Origin: Clostridia bacterium | Lineage (GTDB): Bacteria > Bacillota > Clostridia > Oscillospirales > Acutalibacteraceae | DNA: 64,000 bases | Assembly (NCBI GenBank): GCA_017467405.1 | Contig: JAFTSH010000001.1 | Span: forward strand, 229,542 to 293,541 | Direction of reading: 5' to 3' | Shown: one piece after another, positions 25,636 to 36,449 of the stretch | Layout of the letters: every line of letters begins with the position of its first letter | How positions within the stretch are numbered: position 1 is the stretch's first letter | Program-made: the position numbers and the translations under genes | Notes under the pieces: generated by a model | What the model saw: the letters and a program-made list of their open reading frames with translations, nothing else | The model's database searches: none | Told to the model about the DNA's origin: nothing

Positions 25636-28257
25636 ATGGAAAAGCAGATAATCAATCAGAAAGACGGCAAGGAGATGCTTCTTATAGAGGGAGGCAGCTT
25701 TGCCATGGGCAGTGATAACGGATACAGCGAAGAGGGACCGAGGCACACGGTGCAGGTCGGCGGCTTTTATATGGACAGGTATCCCGTTACGAATGCCGAA
25801 TTCAAGGCCTTCTGCGATGCGACGGGCAGGGGATATCCCGCGTCACCGCGTTGGTCGGATATGCCTGACTATTTTCTCAACTATCCCGATCATCCCGTAA
25901 TAAACGTCTCCTTCGATGCCGCTGCGGCCTACGCCGAGTGGGCGGGCAAGCGCCTGCCGACCGAGCAGGAGTGGGAATACGCCGCGGCGGGCGGACTGTC
26001 CTCGCCGATCTATCCTTGGGGCAACGAGGAGGTCGACGGCAAAAGGGCAAACTTTGCCGACCGTTGCAGCGATCTTCAGTGGCAGTCTCACGGCGTGAGC
26101 GACGGTTACAAATACACCTCTCCCGTAGGAAGCTACCCCGCCAACGGCTACGGACTTTACGATATGGCCGGAAACGTATTCGAATGGGTTGACGGTTGGT
26201 TTTACCGTTACGACGACGAGGTGCGCGATACCGCCAAGCTCAGCGACGGCTGGGGCGGTTACAGGGTATGCAGAGGCGGATGCTATCATTCCGTGCCCTA
26301 CGACCTGCGCATTACGAGACGTCGTCAGGTGCTCGGTGGAGGAGATAACCAGTCGGTCGGCTTCCGCTGCGTGCGTGATCTCGTTCCCGCACCCGCACCC
26401 GAAAAGCCGGACGATTCGTCCGAAAGGGTGGCGGCCGCCGAAAGGAAGGAAGAGCTCAGACGGTTTATGCTCTCCCTCAATATCCGTATGCCCGAGGGGC
26501 AGGAGCTTTGCTGCGGCTGCGGTCTCATAGACGACGAAACGGCCGAGCTGCTGCACTCGATCGGATTTACCTCGGTAGAGCAGTACGTCACGTGGGAGTC
26601 CTGCGAGAATGCAGGCGAGGGAGTCTGGAATTTCGATAAGTGGGATAAGCAGGTCGAGATACTCGGCCGCCACGGTCTCAAATGGCTGCCCTTCATAATC
26701 GCGGGGCCTGCCTACTCTCTGCCCGATTGGTACCGCGAAAGCACCGAGTTTAACGGCATCGTATGCCTCGAGCACAATATAGAAAGTAAGATACAGACCT
26801 TCTGGGACAAGAATTTCAACAACCGAGTCGACCGTTTTCTCAAAAAGTTCGCCGAGCATTATTCCGACGTCTCGATCTTCGAGGGACTGCTTTTCGGTAT
26901 TTCGGGCGACTTCGGCGAGTCGATCGTGTCGGTATGGCACGGCAACTGGCCGCTCGGTATTCCGGGTATATATCACGCCCACTCGGGATATTGGTGCAAC
27001 GACCGCTTTGCGCGCCGTGATTTCGTTAAAAAGATGGGCGAGAAGTTCGGCACCGTCGAGGCGCTGAACGAGGCGTGGGGCACCGATTTTCCGAGCCTCG
27101 CCGCGGTGACAATGCCTCCCGTCGTTACCGACCGTGAAAACTTCCGCATCGACGAACAGACCGAGGCGGGACGCTTTGCGGTAAAGAATGCCGCCGACCG
27201 CCGCAGATGGGTTGATTTCGTCGATTGGTACCGCGGCTCTATGAACGAATACGCCTCCTTCTGGATGAAGACGGCGCGTAAATATTTCCCCGAGACCGAG
27301 CTTTACCTTTGCACCGGCGGTGACGCCGTTCCCTGGCACGCCTCGGAATTTGCCGCACAGTCGAAGCTCTGCGCCGAGGTCAGCACACCTGCCGCAAAGG
27401 GGGGTGTGCGCATTACCAATGAGGCATCAGACTACCGCGCCAACTTTGCCGTAACCGATTGGGTTGCCACCGCGTCGGAGTTCTACGGCGGAGCGTTCAG
27501 CTTTGAGCCTGCCGGACAGGTCACCGAGAGGGGCGTCGTCTGCCGCGTTTACAACGCCGCGGCCACCGGCGCGAAATCCCTCCATTTCTACGAGGGCAAC
27601 CTTGCGGGAAGCGTCGAGAGGATCGACAACTTCTCTAAGAATATCAAATATCTTTCGGAGGGCGGTATAAGCCGCGACGTAGGTGTTCTTTATCCCGACG
27701 TGCCGATGATGTTTGACGAGGATATGCCCATGAAGCTCGAGCCCTCCTTTAACGGCTTCGTGCACAATACCCTCGGTGAGCTTCGCGACTTTGCCGACTA
27801 TTCCTTCGTCTGCGACCTTACCGCAAAGGACGGAATACTCGACCGGCTCAAGGCGCTCATAATAATCAAGGGCGGATGCTACCGCCGCGAGACCCTTGAG
27901 AAGATCGTCGGCTTCGTGCAAAACGGCGGAGCGGTGATAGGCCTCGGAATAGGCGGACTGACCGATCTTGAAAGGGAAGAGGACTTTATGCCCCTTATCT
28001 TCGGCTCGGATATGGCGGTCAACCTTGATATGACGGGTAAAAACATTGCTTCTGCGGCTTCCGAGATGGCCGGGTTCTTAAGACAGCGCGGTGTATCGGT
28101 TCCCGACGGAGAGATAGACGGCGTGTACGTTGCCGAAAAGTACGGCAAGCTGCTCTGCATGAACTATTCGGGACAGGATCTTGACAAGACCCTTTACTTC
28201 CCCGACGGAGAGGTAAAAACGGTTTTGATCCCCGATCTCGCGATAGAGGAATATTAA
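25636..28257 (+). CDS. Fusion protein: N-terminal FGE-sulfatase (SUMF1-like) domain + C-terminal GH42/GH14-like glycoside-hydrolase-like region
   Basis: The N-terminal ~270 aa carry the blocks GGSFAMGS, RHTVQVGGFYMDRYPVTNAEF, LPTEQEWEYAA, GNVFEWV and GFRCVRD. The C-terminal part has VEQYVTWESCENAGEGVWNFDKWDKQVEILGRHGLKWLPF (TIM-barrel start resembling GH42/GH14). It also has LKALIIIKGG...VQNGGAVIGLG, which resembles a GH42 trimerisation/GATase-like domain. No signal peptide is present. ATG at 25636 follows an AAAGGGG RBS. Confidence 0.7.
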   Translation: MEKQIINQKDGKEMLLIEGGSFAMGSDNGYSEEGPRHTVQVGGFYMDRYPVTNAEFKAFCDATGRGYPASPRWSDMPDYFLNYPDHPVINVSFDAAAAYAEWAGKRLPTEQEWEYAAAGGLSSPIYPWGNEEVDGKRANFADRCSDLQWQSHGVSDGYKYTSPVGSYPANGYGLYDMAGNVFEWVDGWFYRYDDEVRDTAKLSDGWGGYRVCRGGCYHSVPYDLRITRRRQVLGGGDNQSVGFRCVRDLVPAPAPEKPDDSSERVAAAERKEELRRFMLSLNIRMPEGQELCCGCGLIDDETAELLHSIGFTSVEQYVTWESCENAGEGVWNFDKWDKQVEILGRHGLKWLPFIIAGPAYSLPDWYRESTEFNGIVCLEHNIESKIQTFWDKNFNNRVDRFLKKFAEHYSDVSIFEGLLFGISGDFGESIVSVWHGNWPLGIPGIYHAHSGYWCNDRFARRDFVKKMGEKFGTVEALNEAWGTDFPSLAAVTMPPVVTDRENFRIDEQTEAGRFAVKNAADRRRWVDFVDWYRGSMNEYASFWMKTARKYFPETELYLCTGGDAVPWHASEFAAQSKLCAEVSTPAAKGGVRITNEASDYRANFAVTDWVATASEFYGGAFSFEPAGQVTERGVVCRVYNAAATGAKSLHFYEGNLAGSVERIDNFSKNIKYLSEGGISRDVGVLYPDVPMMFDEDMPMKLEPSFNGFVHNTLGELRDFADYSFVCDLTAKDGILDRLKALIIIKGGCYRRETLEKIVGFVQNGGAVIGLGIGGLTDLEREEDFMPLIFGSDMAVNLDMTGKNIASAASEMAGFLRQRGVSVPDGEIDGVYVAEKYGKLLCMNYSGQDLDKTLYFPDGEVKTVLIPDLAIEEY

Positions 28258-28264
28258 CGAAAAG

Positions 28265-28298
28265 AATCCCCTCGGAACGGCCGTTCCGAGGGGATTTT
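28265..28298. terminator. Bidirectional terminator (perfect palindrome)
   Basis: AATCCCCTCGGAACG / CGTTCCGAGGGGATT, a ~15-bp stem followed by TTTT, between convergent genes. Confidence 0.75.
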
Positions 28299-28307
28299 CG
28301 GTATGTA

Positions 28308-28721
28308 TTATTCTTCCGCTTCTTCGGGCTGTGCTTCTTTTGGAGCGGCGTCTGCCGAAAAGAATCTGATTGCCGAAATTACGGCGGCGATGAGGCAGGA
28401 GAGGGTAAAGGCAACGACGAAAAGGGTGAAGAACCAGGCGTCAGCCTTTGCGAACGCGATGGCGGTGCCGAGGTATCTTACGCAGACGTAGACGCCGAGT
28501 ACCGCCGAAACGAGGGTGAGTACTCCGCCCGAAATTCGCTTCGAGGGAAGTATCAGCGCAAGTACCAGAAATACCAGACTGCCCGCAATGAGGATCCAGT
28601 CGGTGCCGACGGCGGGAAGTGAGAGGTCGGACGAAATGATCTCTCCTCCGTAGAGCAGCATTAGGGAAAGGTAATAGATAAAGTTAAAGGCGGCAAAGAA
28701 CCAGATATTGAGAGCTTTCAT
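28308..28721 (-). CDS. Hypothetical integral membrane protein (about 4 TM)
   Basis: Hydrophobic throughout, with an acidic C-terminal tail PKEAQPEEAEE. The ATG at 28721 lies 8 nt after an AAAGGA RBS. An alternative ATG lies at 28730. Confidence 0.6.
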   Translation of the reverse strand: MKALNIWFFAAFNFIYYLSLMLLYGGEIISSDLSLPAVGTDWILIAGSLVFLVLALILPSKRISGGVLTLVSAVLGVYVCVRYLGTAIAFAKADAWFFTLFVVAFTLSCLIAAVISAIRFFSADAAPKEAQPEEAEE

Positions 28722-28957
28722 AACGAACATCCTTTCGGGGGGCTTACCCCTGTCTGCGGCCTTCGGCCATCGTGACTATTATATCACCCCAAAAGGTGCT
28801 CTGCAACAGTAAATTGTAAATATGATGCGGTATGAAAAACGCTCCGTACGGCGTATAATATATGTATACGTACCGCCGAAACGGCACCCCCGCAGGTCGG
28901 TCGGGCATAACCTTTATTAATAAAATTTGAATTTTCGGATTTTTAGCAAAATAACCC

Positions 28958-28985
28958 TTGATTTTTGCAAATATATTGGTAGAAT
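28958..28985 (+). promoter_or_regulatory. groESL promoter candidate
   Basis: TTGATT (28958-28963), 16-nt spacer, TAGAAT (28980-28985), with an extended -10 TG at 28977-28978. Confidence 0.6.
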
Positions 28986-28989
28986 ATAT

Positions 28990-29338
<349 letters not shown>

Positions 29339-29353
29339 TTCAGAAAGGACTGA

Positions 29354-31003
<1,650 letters not shown>

Positions 31004-31018
31004 TCTGCTCTTGATATT

Positions 31019-31053
31019 TCCCGTCACGGAATTTCCCCGTGACGGGATTTTTT
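31019..31053 (+). terminator. Intrinsic terminator after groEL
   Basis: Stem TCCCGTCACGG/CCGTGACGGGA followed by TTTTTT. Confidence 0.85.
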
Positions 31054-31131
31054 GCGCCCGAAAAGCGGCAAATACAGGTAAATTTTTCCGAAATAGTTAC
31101 AGACCTGAAACTCTTTCGTGCCTTAACGGCG

Positions 31132-31160
31132 TTGACACCTTGCGGGCATTTTGTTATAAT
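31132..31160 (+). promoter_or_regulatory. Consensus sigma-A promoter for the GT2/LicD/TarIJ cluster
   Basis: TTGACA (31132-31137), 17-nt spacer with TGn, TATAAT (31155-31160). Confidence 0.65.
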
Positions 31161-31201
31161 TTCAGCAGATAATATCAAAAAGTGCGTCCGGAGGTGGGGA
31201 A

Positions 31202-32233
31202 ATGAAAAAGAGCTTGCCGATAATATCGGTGTGTGTCGTTGCATACAACGAGGAGGAGTTCGTCGAGGATCTTCTTGACGATATACTTGTCCAGACCTAT
31301 CCCCGCCGCCTGACCGAGCTGATTTTCGTCGACAGCCTCTCCACCGACGGTACGATGGAGATATTTAAAAATTTCAGGGACAGATATTCAGAGAGCTTTT
31401 ACGACGTAAAGGTGCTCGAAAATCCCGGCAAGCGCCTTGCCGCGGGCTGGAACGAGGTAATCGGCGTCTTTTCGGGCGAGATACTCGTCCGCGTCGATGC
31501 CCACGCGCGTCTTTCGGGCAGCTTCGTTGAGGAAACGGTACGCTGTCAGCAGTCGGGTGAATACGTCTGCGGCGGACGCAGACCGAATATAATCGTCGGA
31601 AACGATCCGATGAGCTCAACCCTTCTGATGGCCGAGCAGTCGATGTTCGGAAGCAGTTTTGCGACCTACCGCAGCGGCGAGAAAAGGTGCTACGTAAAGT
31701 CGGTTTTTCACGCCGCCTACCGCCGTGAGGTGATCGAGAAGGTCGGCCCCTTCAACGCCGCCCTCGGCAGAACCGAGGACAACGAATACAACTACCGCGT
31801 GCAGAAGGCAGGGTATAAGATCTGCTTCGAGCCGCGCATCCTCTCGTATCAGCACACCAGACCCCGTCTTTCAAAAATGATAAAGCAGAAGTACGGCAAC
31901 GGATATTGGATAGCGCGCACCCTCTTCGTCTGCCCCGGATGTATTTCTCTTTTCCATCTCGTTCCCTTTGCCTTCGTCTGTGCCGCGGTGCTGACCGCCG
32001 TAATGGCAGGCTTCGGCTGGTGGTGGTTTGCCGCTGCAATGTGGGCGCTCTATTTTGCCTTTGCGGTTGCAAATACTGTGATTTCCGTAAAAAAGAAGGG
32101 CGATTTTCAGAAGAAATTCCTTCTTTTGCCCCTTTTGTTTTTACTGCTCCATCTTTCGTACGGAGCAGGTAGTGTGGTGGGCTTTTTCAGCCTGATATTC
32201 AAACCGATAGGACGGTGCAGGAATGAAAAGTGA
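31202..32233 (+). CDS. Family 2 glycosyltransferase with C-terminal membrane segments
   Basis: ISVCVVAYNEE...VDSLSTDGT is a GT-A N-terminal pattern, with DAH (DxD-like) and about 3-4 C-terminal TM helices. Confidence 0.85.
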   Translation: MKKSLPIISVCVVAYNEEEFVEDLLDDILVQTYPRRLTELIFVDSLSTDGTMEIFKNFRDRYSESFYDVKVLENPGKRLAAGWNEVIGVFSGEILVRVDAHARLSGSFVEETVRCQQSGEYVCGGRRPNIIVGNDPMSSTLLMAEQSMFGSSFATYRSGEKRCYVKSVFHAAYRREVIEKVGPFNAALGRTEDNEYNYRVQKAGYKICFEPRILSYQHTRPRLSKMIKQKYGNGYWIARTLFVCPGCISLFHLVPFAFVCAAVLTAVMAGFGWWWFAAAMWALYFAFAVANTVISVKKKGDFQKKFLLLPLLFLLLHLSYGAGSVVGFFSLIFKPIGRCRNEK

Positions 32234-33986
32234 CCGTAAGCTGCCCTGCGCCGAGGTACAGCAGGTTTGTCTCGGAATACTCGAATACCTCAAGGAGTTC
32301 TGTCAGGAAAACGGGCTTCGGTTCTGGCTTTGCGGAGGTGCCCTGATCGGCGCGGTGCGCGAAGGCGGCTTTCTCGAGTGGGACGACGATGCCGACGTCT
32401 TTATGCCGCGTCCCGACTACGAAAGGCTCAAGGAAATCTGGAACGAGCGGGCCGATACCTCACGCTTCGTCTGTGAGTACAACGACGGCGTGACCGAAAA
32501 CAGACATCCGTTTTTGCTGATACGCGACCGCCGCACCACCCTCGTGAGGGAAAATCAGGCCGACCTCGATCTGATCCACGGTGTCGCGGTCGACGTGTTG
32601 CCGATCGACGGCTGTCCGTCGGGCTTCAAGCGTAAAATACAAAAGCTGAGAGCCCTGCTCTTTATGCTTTACAACACCGGCGTAGTACCCAAAAACCACG
32701 GAAAAGCGGTTACTCTCGGAGGAAAGCTGTTGCTTTCCCTCGTGCCGCGGAAAAAACACTACGCGCTTTCAAAAAAGATCGAGAAGAAGATGACCGCAAC
32801 CGAGTTCGGAAGTACGGAATACGTCACCGAGCTGTGTGCCGGCCCGAGGTACCTTTCCAACGAGTACCGATACAGCGACTTCTCCTCGTCGGTAACGATA
32901 CCGTTTGAAAACACCTCTATGCCTGCCATGTGCGGCTACGACGGCTATCTGTCACTCGCCTTCGGGGACTATATGACCCCTCCCGAAAAGACCGAGCGCG
33001 TACAGTCCCACGACGCCGCGTTTTTCGATCTTTCGATGAGTGCCGACGACTATCTGTCGCTCAGAAAAGGGGCGGCCGCAGGTGCCGCGGTTTCGGGCGA
33101 TCAGCTTAAAAGACTTCAGAAAAAGAGCCTTGAGCTGTTTGAGTTTTTCTCGGCTTTTTGCCGCGAAAAGAAGCTCAGATATTTTCTTTGCGGCGGCTCT
33201 CTGATCGGTGCGGTGCGCGAGGGCGGATTTTTGCCCTGGGATGACGATATCGACGTCTTTATGCCGCGCCCCGACTACGAAAGACTCTGCGCGATGCAGG
33301 ACTCGGGGGAGATACCCGACGGCTACTGCGTTTCGCGAAGCTGCAGGGATGAGTACGTAAGGGTGCAGATCGGCGGATTTTTCGACCTTTCGACCACTTT
33401 TATAAAAACAAGACAGTACGACCTCGATATCCCGCACGCCGTGCGGATCGACATCATTCCCCTCGACGGCTGTCCGACCGGCAGGGTAAAAAGACTGCTT
33501 CAGATGTTCAGCGCACTGATGCGCTCCCTCTACGTTGTGGGTGAGCCCCATACGAGCAAGGGTAAGCTTTTCGAGCTTGCGGGAAGATTGCTTCTTTGGC
33601 TTCATCCGTCGCCTCGATCAAGAATGAGGGCGGCCGCAAGGTGGGAAAAACGGATGACCCGTTATCCCTATGACGGCAGCTCAAAGCTTACCGAGCTGGT
33701 TACCTGGTTCAAATATATGAAGTTGGAGTATCCGAAGGAATGGTTTGCAGAGGGCAGTGAAGTGATCTACGAGGGAATGTCGGTTCCCGCGCCCGCCGAC
33801 TGCGATTCCTATCTCACGGCACTTTTCGGTGACTATATGACCCCGCCTCCCGCAGAGGAGAGGGTCGCCTCCCACGACGCCGTGTTCTGCGATACCGAAA
33901 GACGGTACACCGATTACAAAGGCCTTTATTACTGCATAACCCCCGATAAAATAAATCATCAGCTGAAAAGAGGAAAAGAAAAATGA
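32223..33986 (+). CDS. LicD-family phosphotransferase with two tandem LicD domains
   Basis: Two internal repeats. The first has NGLRFWLCGGALIGAVREGGFLEWDDDADVFMPRPDYERL ... FGDYMTPPEKTERVQSHDA. The second has KKLRYFLCGGSLIGAVREGGFLPWDDDIDVFMPRPDYERL ... FGDYMTPPPAEERVASHDA. Confidence 0.85.
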   Translation: MKSDRKLPCAEVQQVCLGILEYLKEFCQENGLRFWLCGGALIGAVREGGFLEWDDDADVFMPRPDYERLKEIWNERADTSRFVCEYNDGVTENRHPFLLIRDRRTTLVRENQADLDLIHGVAVDVLPIDGCPSGFKRKIQKLRALLFMLYNTGVVPKNHGKAVTLGGKLLLSLVPRKKHYALSKKIEKKMTATEFGSTEYVTELCAGPRYLSNEYRYSDFSSSVTIPFENTSMPAMCGYDGYLSLAFGDYMTPPEKTERVQSHDAAFFDLSMSADDYLSLRKGAAAGAAVSGDQLKRLQKKSLELFEFFSAFCREKKLRYFLCGGSLIGAVREGGFLPWDDDIDVFMPRPDYERLCAMQDSGEIPDGYCVSRSCRDEYVRVQIGGFFDLSTTFIKTRQYDLDIPHAVRIDIIPLDGCPTGRVKRLLQMFSALMRSLYVVGEPHTSKGKLFELAGRLLLWLHPSPRSRMRAAARWEKRMTRYPYDGSSKLTELVTWFKYMKLEYPKEWFAEGSEVIYEGMSVPAPADCDSYLTALFGDYMTPPPAEERVASHDAVFCDTERRYTDYKGLYYCITPDKINHQLKRGKEK

Positions 33987-34699
33987 TTTTCGGAATAGTT
34001 CTCGCCGGCGGTGTCGGCTCAAGAATGAACACCACGGCCAATATGCCCAAGCAGTTCCTGCCCCTCGGTGACAAGCCCATCGTCATGCAGACCCTTGACA
34101 AGTTTGTTACCTGCGACCGTTTCGACGCCGTATATATCGGCACCCATCCCGATTGGGTGGACCATATGGCCGAACTCGTCGAAACCCACATCGTGTCTGA
34201 CATTCCCATCACGGTCGTCGCGGGCGGAAGCGACCGCAACGCCACCCTTTTCAACGTTATTGCAAAGATTGAGGAGGATCACGGCGAGGACGAGAATCAC
34301 ATCATCGTCACGCACGACGCCGTCCGTCCCTTCGTCACCCTCAGAATGATAAACGAGAATATCGATGCCGCGCAGAAATACGGCGCGGTTGATACCGTAG
34401 TTCCCGCCACCGATACCATCGTCCGCTCACTCGACGGCGAGTTCATCGAAAGTATTCCCGACAGAAGCAAGCTCTATCAGGGACAGACACCCCAGAGCTT
34501 TAACATGAATCTTCTCAAAAAGCTTTTTGCCGAGCTGACCGAGGAAGAAAAGGCGGTGCTGACCGACGCCTGCAAGATCTGCGCACTCAGGGGCGCAAAG
34601 GTGCGTCTGGTCGAGGGCTCTGCCCAGAATATCAAGATAACCACCGTGGGCGACTATAAGATCGCTCAGGCGATGCTTGGAGGAATCATAGTTGATTAA
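33983..34699 (+). CDS. tarI: D-ribitol-5-phosphate cytidylyltransferase (IspD/TarI family)
   Basis: IVLAGGVGSRM...PKQFL... is the IspD-family N-terminus. An ATGA overlap links it to the LicD gene, and a TarJ-like reductase follows, which favours TarI over IspD. Confidence 0.75.
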   Translation: MIFGIVLAGGVGSRMNTTANMPKQFLPLGDKPIVMQTLDKFVTCDRFDAVYIGTHPDWVDHMAELVETHIVSDIPITVVAGGSDRNATLFNVIAKIEEDHGEDENHIIVTHDAVRPFVTLRMINENIDAAQKYGAVDTVVPATDTIVRSLDGEFIESIPDRSKLYQGQTPQSFNMNLLKKLFAELTEEEKAVLTDACKICALRGAKVRLVEGSAQNIKITTVGDYKIAQAMLGGIIVD

Positions 34700-35705
34700 C
34701 CACGTCTATCAGCTCGTGAGTCCCAAGCTTTTCAGCGTGGAATTCAAGGAGCTCAATACAGCCGAAAAGGTGCTCGTCCGTCCGACCTATCTTGCGGTGT
34801 GCCACGCCGACCAGAGATATTTTCAGGGCAAGCGCGATATTTCGGTGCTGCGTAAAAAGCTTCCCATGGCACTCATCCACGAGGCCTGCGGCAGGGTAGT
34901 GAGCGATCCTACCGGAACCTACAAAAGGGGACAGAAGGTCGTAATGATACCCAACGTTCCGGGAAACGACGACTCCATGATATTTGAGAACTACTCCGAG
35001 GGCGCAGGCTTCCTCTCGAGCGGTATGGACGGCTTTACCCGTGAGTTCGTCGATCTTGCTCCCGACCGCGTCGTGGCCTACGACGGAATCGACGAGCGGG
35101 TTGCCGCCGTAACCGAATTTATCAGCGTCGCGGTACATTCCTCAACCCGTTTTGACATCGTGGCACACAGCCGCCGCGACATCATCGCCGTATGGGGTGA
35201 CGGAAGCCTTGCCTACGTTCTGGCGTCGGTGCTCGTAAAGAGATTTCCGGGCTCAAAGATCGTCGTCGTCGGAATGGATCCGAGCAAGCTTTCGCTCTTT
35301 TCCTTCGTCCACGCCGCCTATCATAAGGATTCTCTTCCCGAGGGCTTCAGATGCGACCACGCCTTTGAGTGCTGCGGCGGTGAGGGTAGCTTTTACGCCA
35401 TCGACGACATTATCAGATATATCCGTCCGCAGGGCAGCGTAATGCTTATGGGAGTGTCCGAAAACAGGGTTGCCGTCAACACGAGAGACGTTCTCGAAAA
35501 GGGTCTGACCCTCGTCGGCTCCTCCCGCTCGGGCAGGGATGATTTCGTCCGCGCCGTGGAACTTATGAAGGACAAGCGTCTGCAAAGCAGACTCAGACTC
35601 ATAATAACCGAGGACGCCCCCGTAAGGAGCATCCCCGACATATCCCGCGTCATGATAAACGACATGACGAATCCCTTCAAGACGGTCTTCCGTTGGGAGC
35701 TTTAA
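34692..35705 (+). CDS. tarJ: Ribulose-5-phosphate reductase (TarJ-like, zinc-type medium-chain dehydrogenase)
   Basis: MDR-family layout (VCHAD zinc-ligand region, nucleotide-binding VWGDGSLAY). A TTG start at 34692 lies 7 nt after GGAGGA and overlaps the tarI stop by 8 nt. Confidence 0.7.
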   Translation: MINHVYQLVSPKLFSVEFKELNTAEKVLVRPTYLAVCHADQRYFQGKRDISVLRKKLPMALIHEACGRVVSDPTGTYKRGQKVVMIPNVPGNDDSMIFENYSEGAGFLSSGMDGFTREFVDLAPDRVVAYDGIDERVAAVTEFISVAVHSSTRFDIVAHSRRDIIAVWGDGSLAYVLASVLVKRFPGSKIVVVGMDPSKLSLFSFVHAAYHKDSLPEGFRCDHAFECCGGEGSFYAIDDIIRYIRPQGSVMLMGVSENRVAVNTRDVLEKGLTLVGSSRSGRDDFVRAVELMKDKRLQSRLRLIITEDAPVRSIPDISRVMINDMTNPFKTVFRWEL

Positions 35706-36004
35706 AAGACGAACGCCTCCGTTTTTACGGAGGCGTCCTTAGGGATGAATGAAAGGAGTTATAAGAAATATCAAAAGTAAGGGGTCAAATTGTTTTTTTG
35801 ACCTTGTCTGCTTTTATTATACACTTAAAACTCCGTAAACGATACCTTTTTGTTGACAATAAATATATGGCACAGTGACTTTTGAAAAGATGATATTTTT
35901 AAACGTCGACTGTGCAGAAAATCGCAAAATATATGCAGAAAGTCTCAATTTTTTATTCAGGGACTGACAAACCCCTGAATTTTGAGTACAATCGGAGGTA
36001 ACCA

Positions 36005-36448
36005 ATGAAGAGTATAAAGCTCAGATTTAAAAAGCTCGTTGAGGAGGCGGTAACGCCGACCTACGGCTCGGTCTATTCGGCGGGCGCCGATCTTTACAAC
36101 TGCGGCCCCGATACGGTAATAGCTCCGGGACAGACCCTGCTGCTCCATACGGGAATAGCGGTCGAGATACCCGAAGGCCTCGTGGGCCTCGTTTATGCCC
36201 GAAGCGGACTTGCCTCAAAAAGAGGTCTTGCTCCCGCAAACAAGGTCGGAGTTATCGACAGCGACTACCGCGGCGAGATAATGGTCGCGTTACATAATCA
36301 TTCGGCGGATTCTCAGACGGTTGCGTCGGGCGAGCGTATTGCGCAGATGGTGCTGACACCCTATATACACGCAGACTACGAAGAAGCAGAGGAGCTTTCC
36401 GATACCGTAAGAGGTGCGGGCGGCTTCGGTTCGACGGGAGAGAAGTAA
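36005..36448 (+). CDS. dut: dUTP diphosphatase
   Basis: 147 aa with the dUTPase motifs SAGADL, GVIDSDYRGE and RGAGGFGSTG. Confidence 0.93.
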   Translation: MKSIKLRFKKLVEEAVTPTYGSVYSAGADLYNCGPDTVIAPGQTLLLHTGIAVEIPEGLVGLVYARSGLASKRGLAPANKVGVIDSDYRGEIMVALHNHSADSQTVASGERIAQMVLTPYIHADYEEAEELSDTVRGAGGFGSTGEK

Positions 36449-36449
36449 A

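Noticed and set aside
25636-26450. Calling the N-terminal domain a genuine formylglycine-generating enzyme.
   Set aside because: The catalytic C-x4-C pair that follows the conserved GG in true FGEs is absent (GGCYHSVPYDLR). No sulfatase gene is nearby. The organism looks anaerobic, whereas aerobic FGE needs oxygen.
25843-27339. A 498-aa minus-strand ORF. Similar long antisense ORFs lie at 1468-2700, 44855-45736, 45740-46870, 47454-48152, 50454-51338, 52134-53261, 40113-41012 and 56003-56764.
   Set aside because: All lie antisense to well-supported genes. They lack RBS and start context and have Arg/Gly/Val-rich, motif-free translations. They were treated as compositional artefacts.
35713-35736. 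The 10-bp hairpin ACGCCTCCGT/ACGGAGGCGT after tarJ as an intrinsic terminator.
   Set aside because: No U-run follows it on the plus strand (CCTTAGGG). It may still pause or stabilise the transcript, but it was not listed as a terminator.
35964-35992. CTGACA-17-TACAAT as the dut promoter.
   Set aside because: The predicted transcription start would fall on or after the GGAGG RBS (35995-35999), leaving no leader for ribosome binding.
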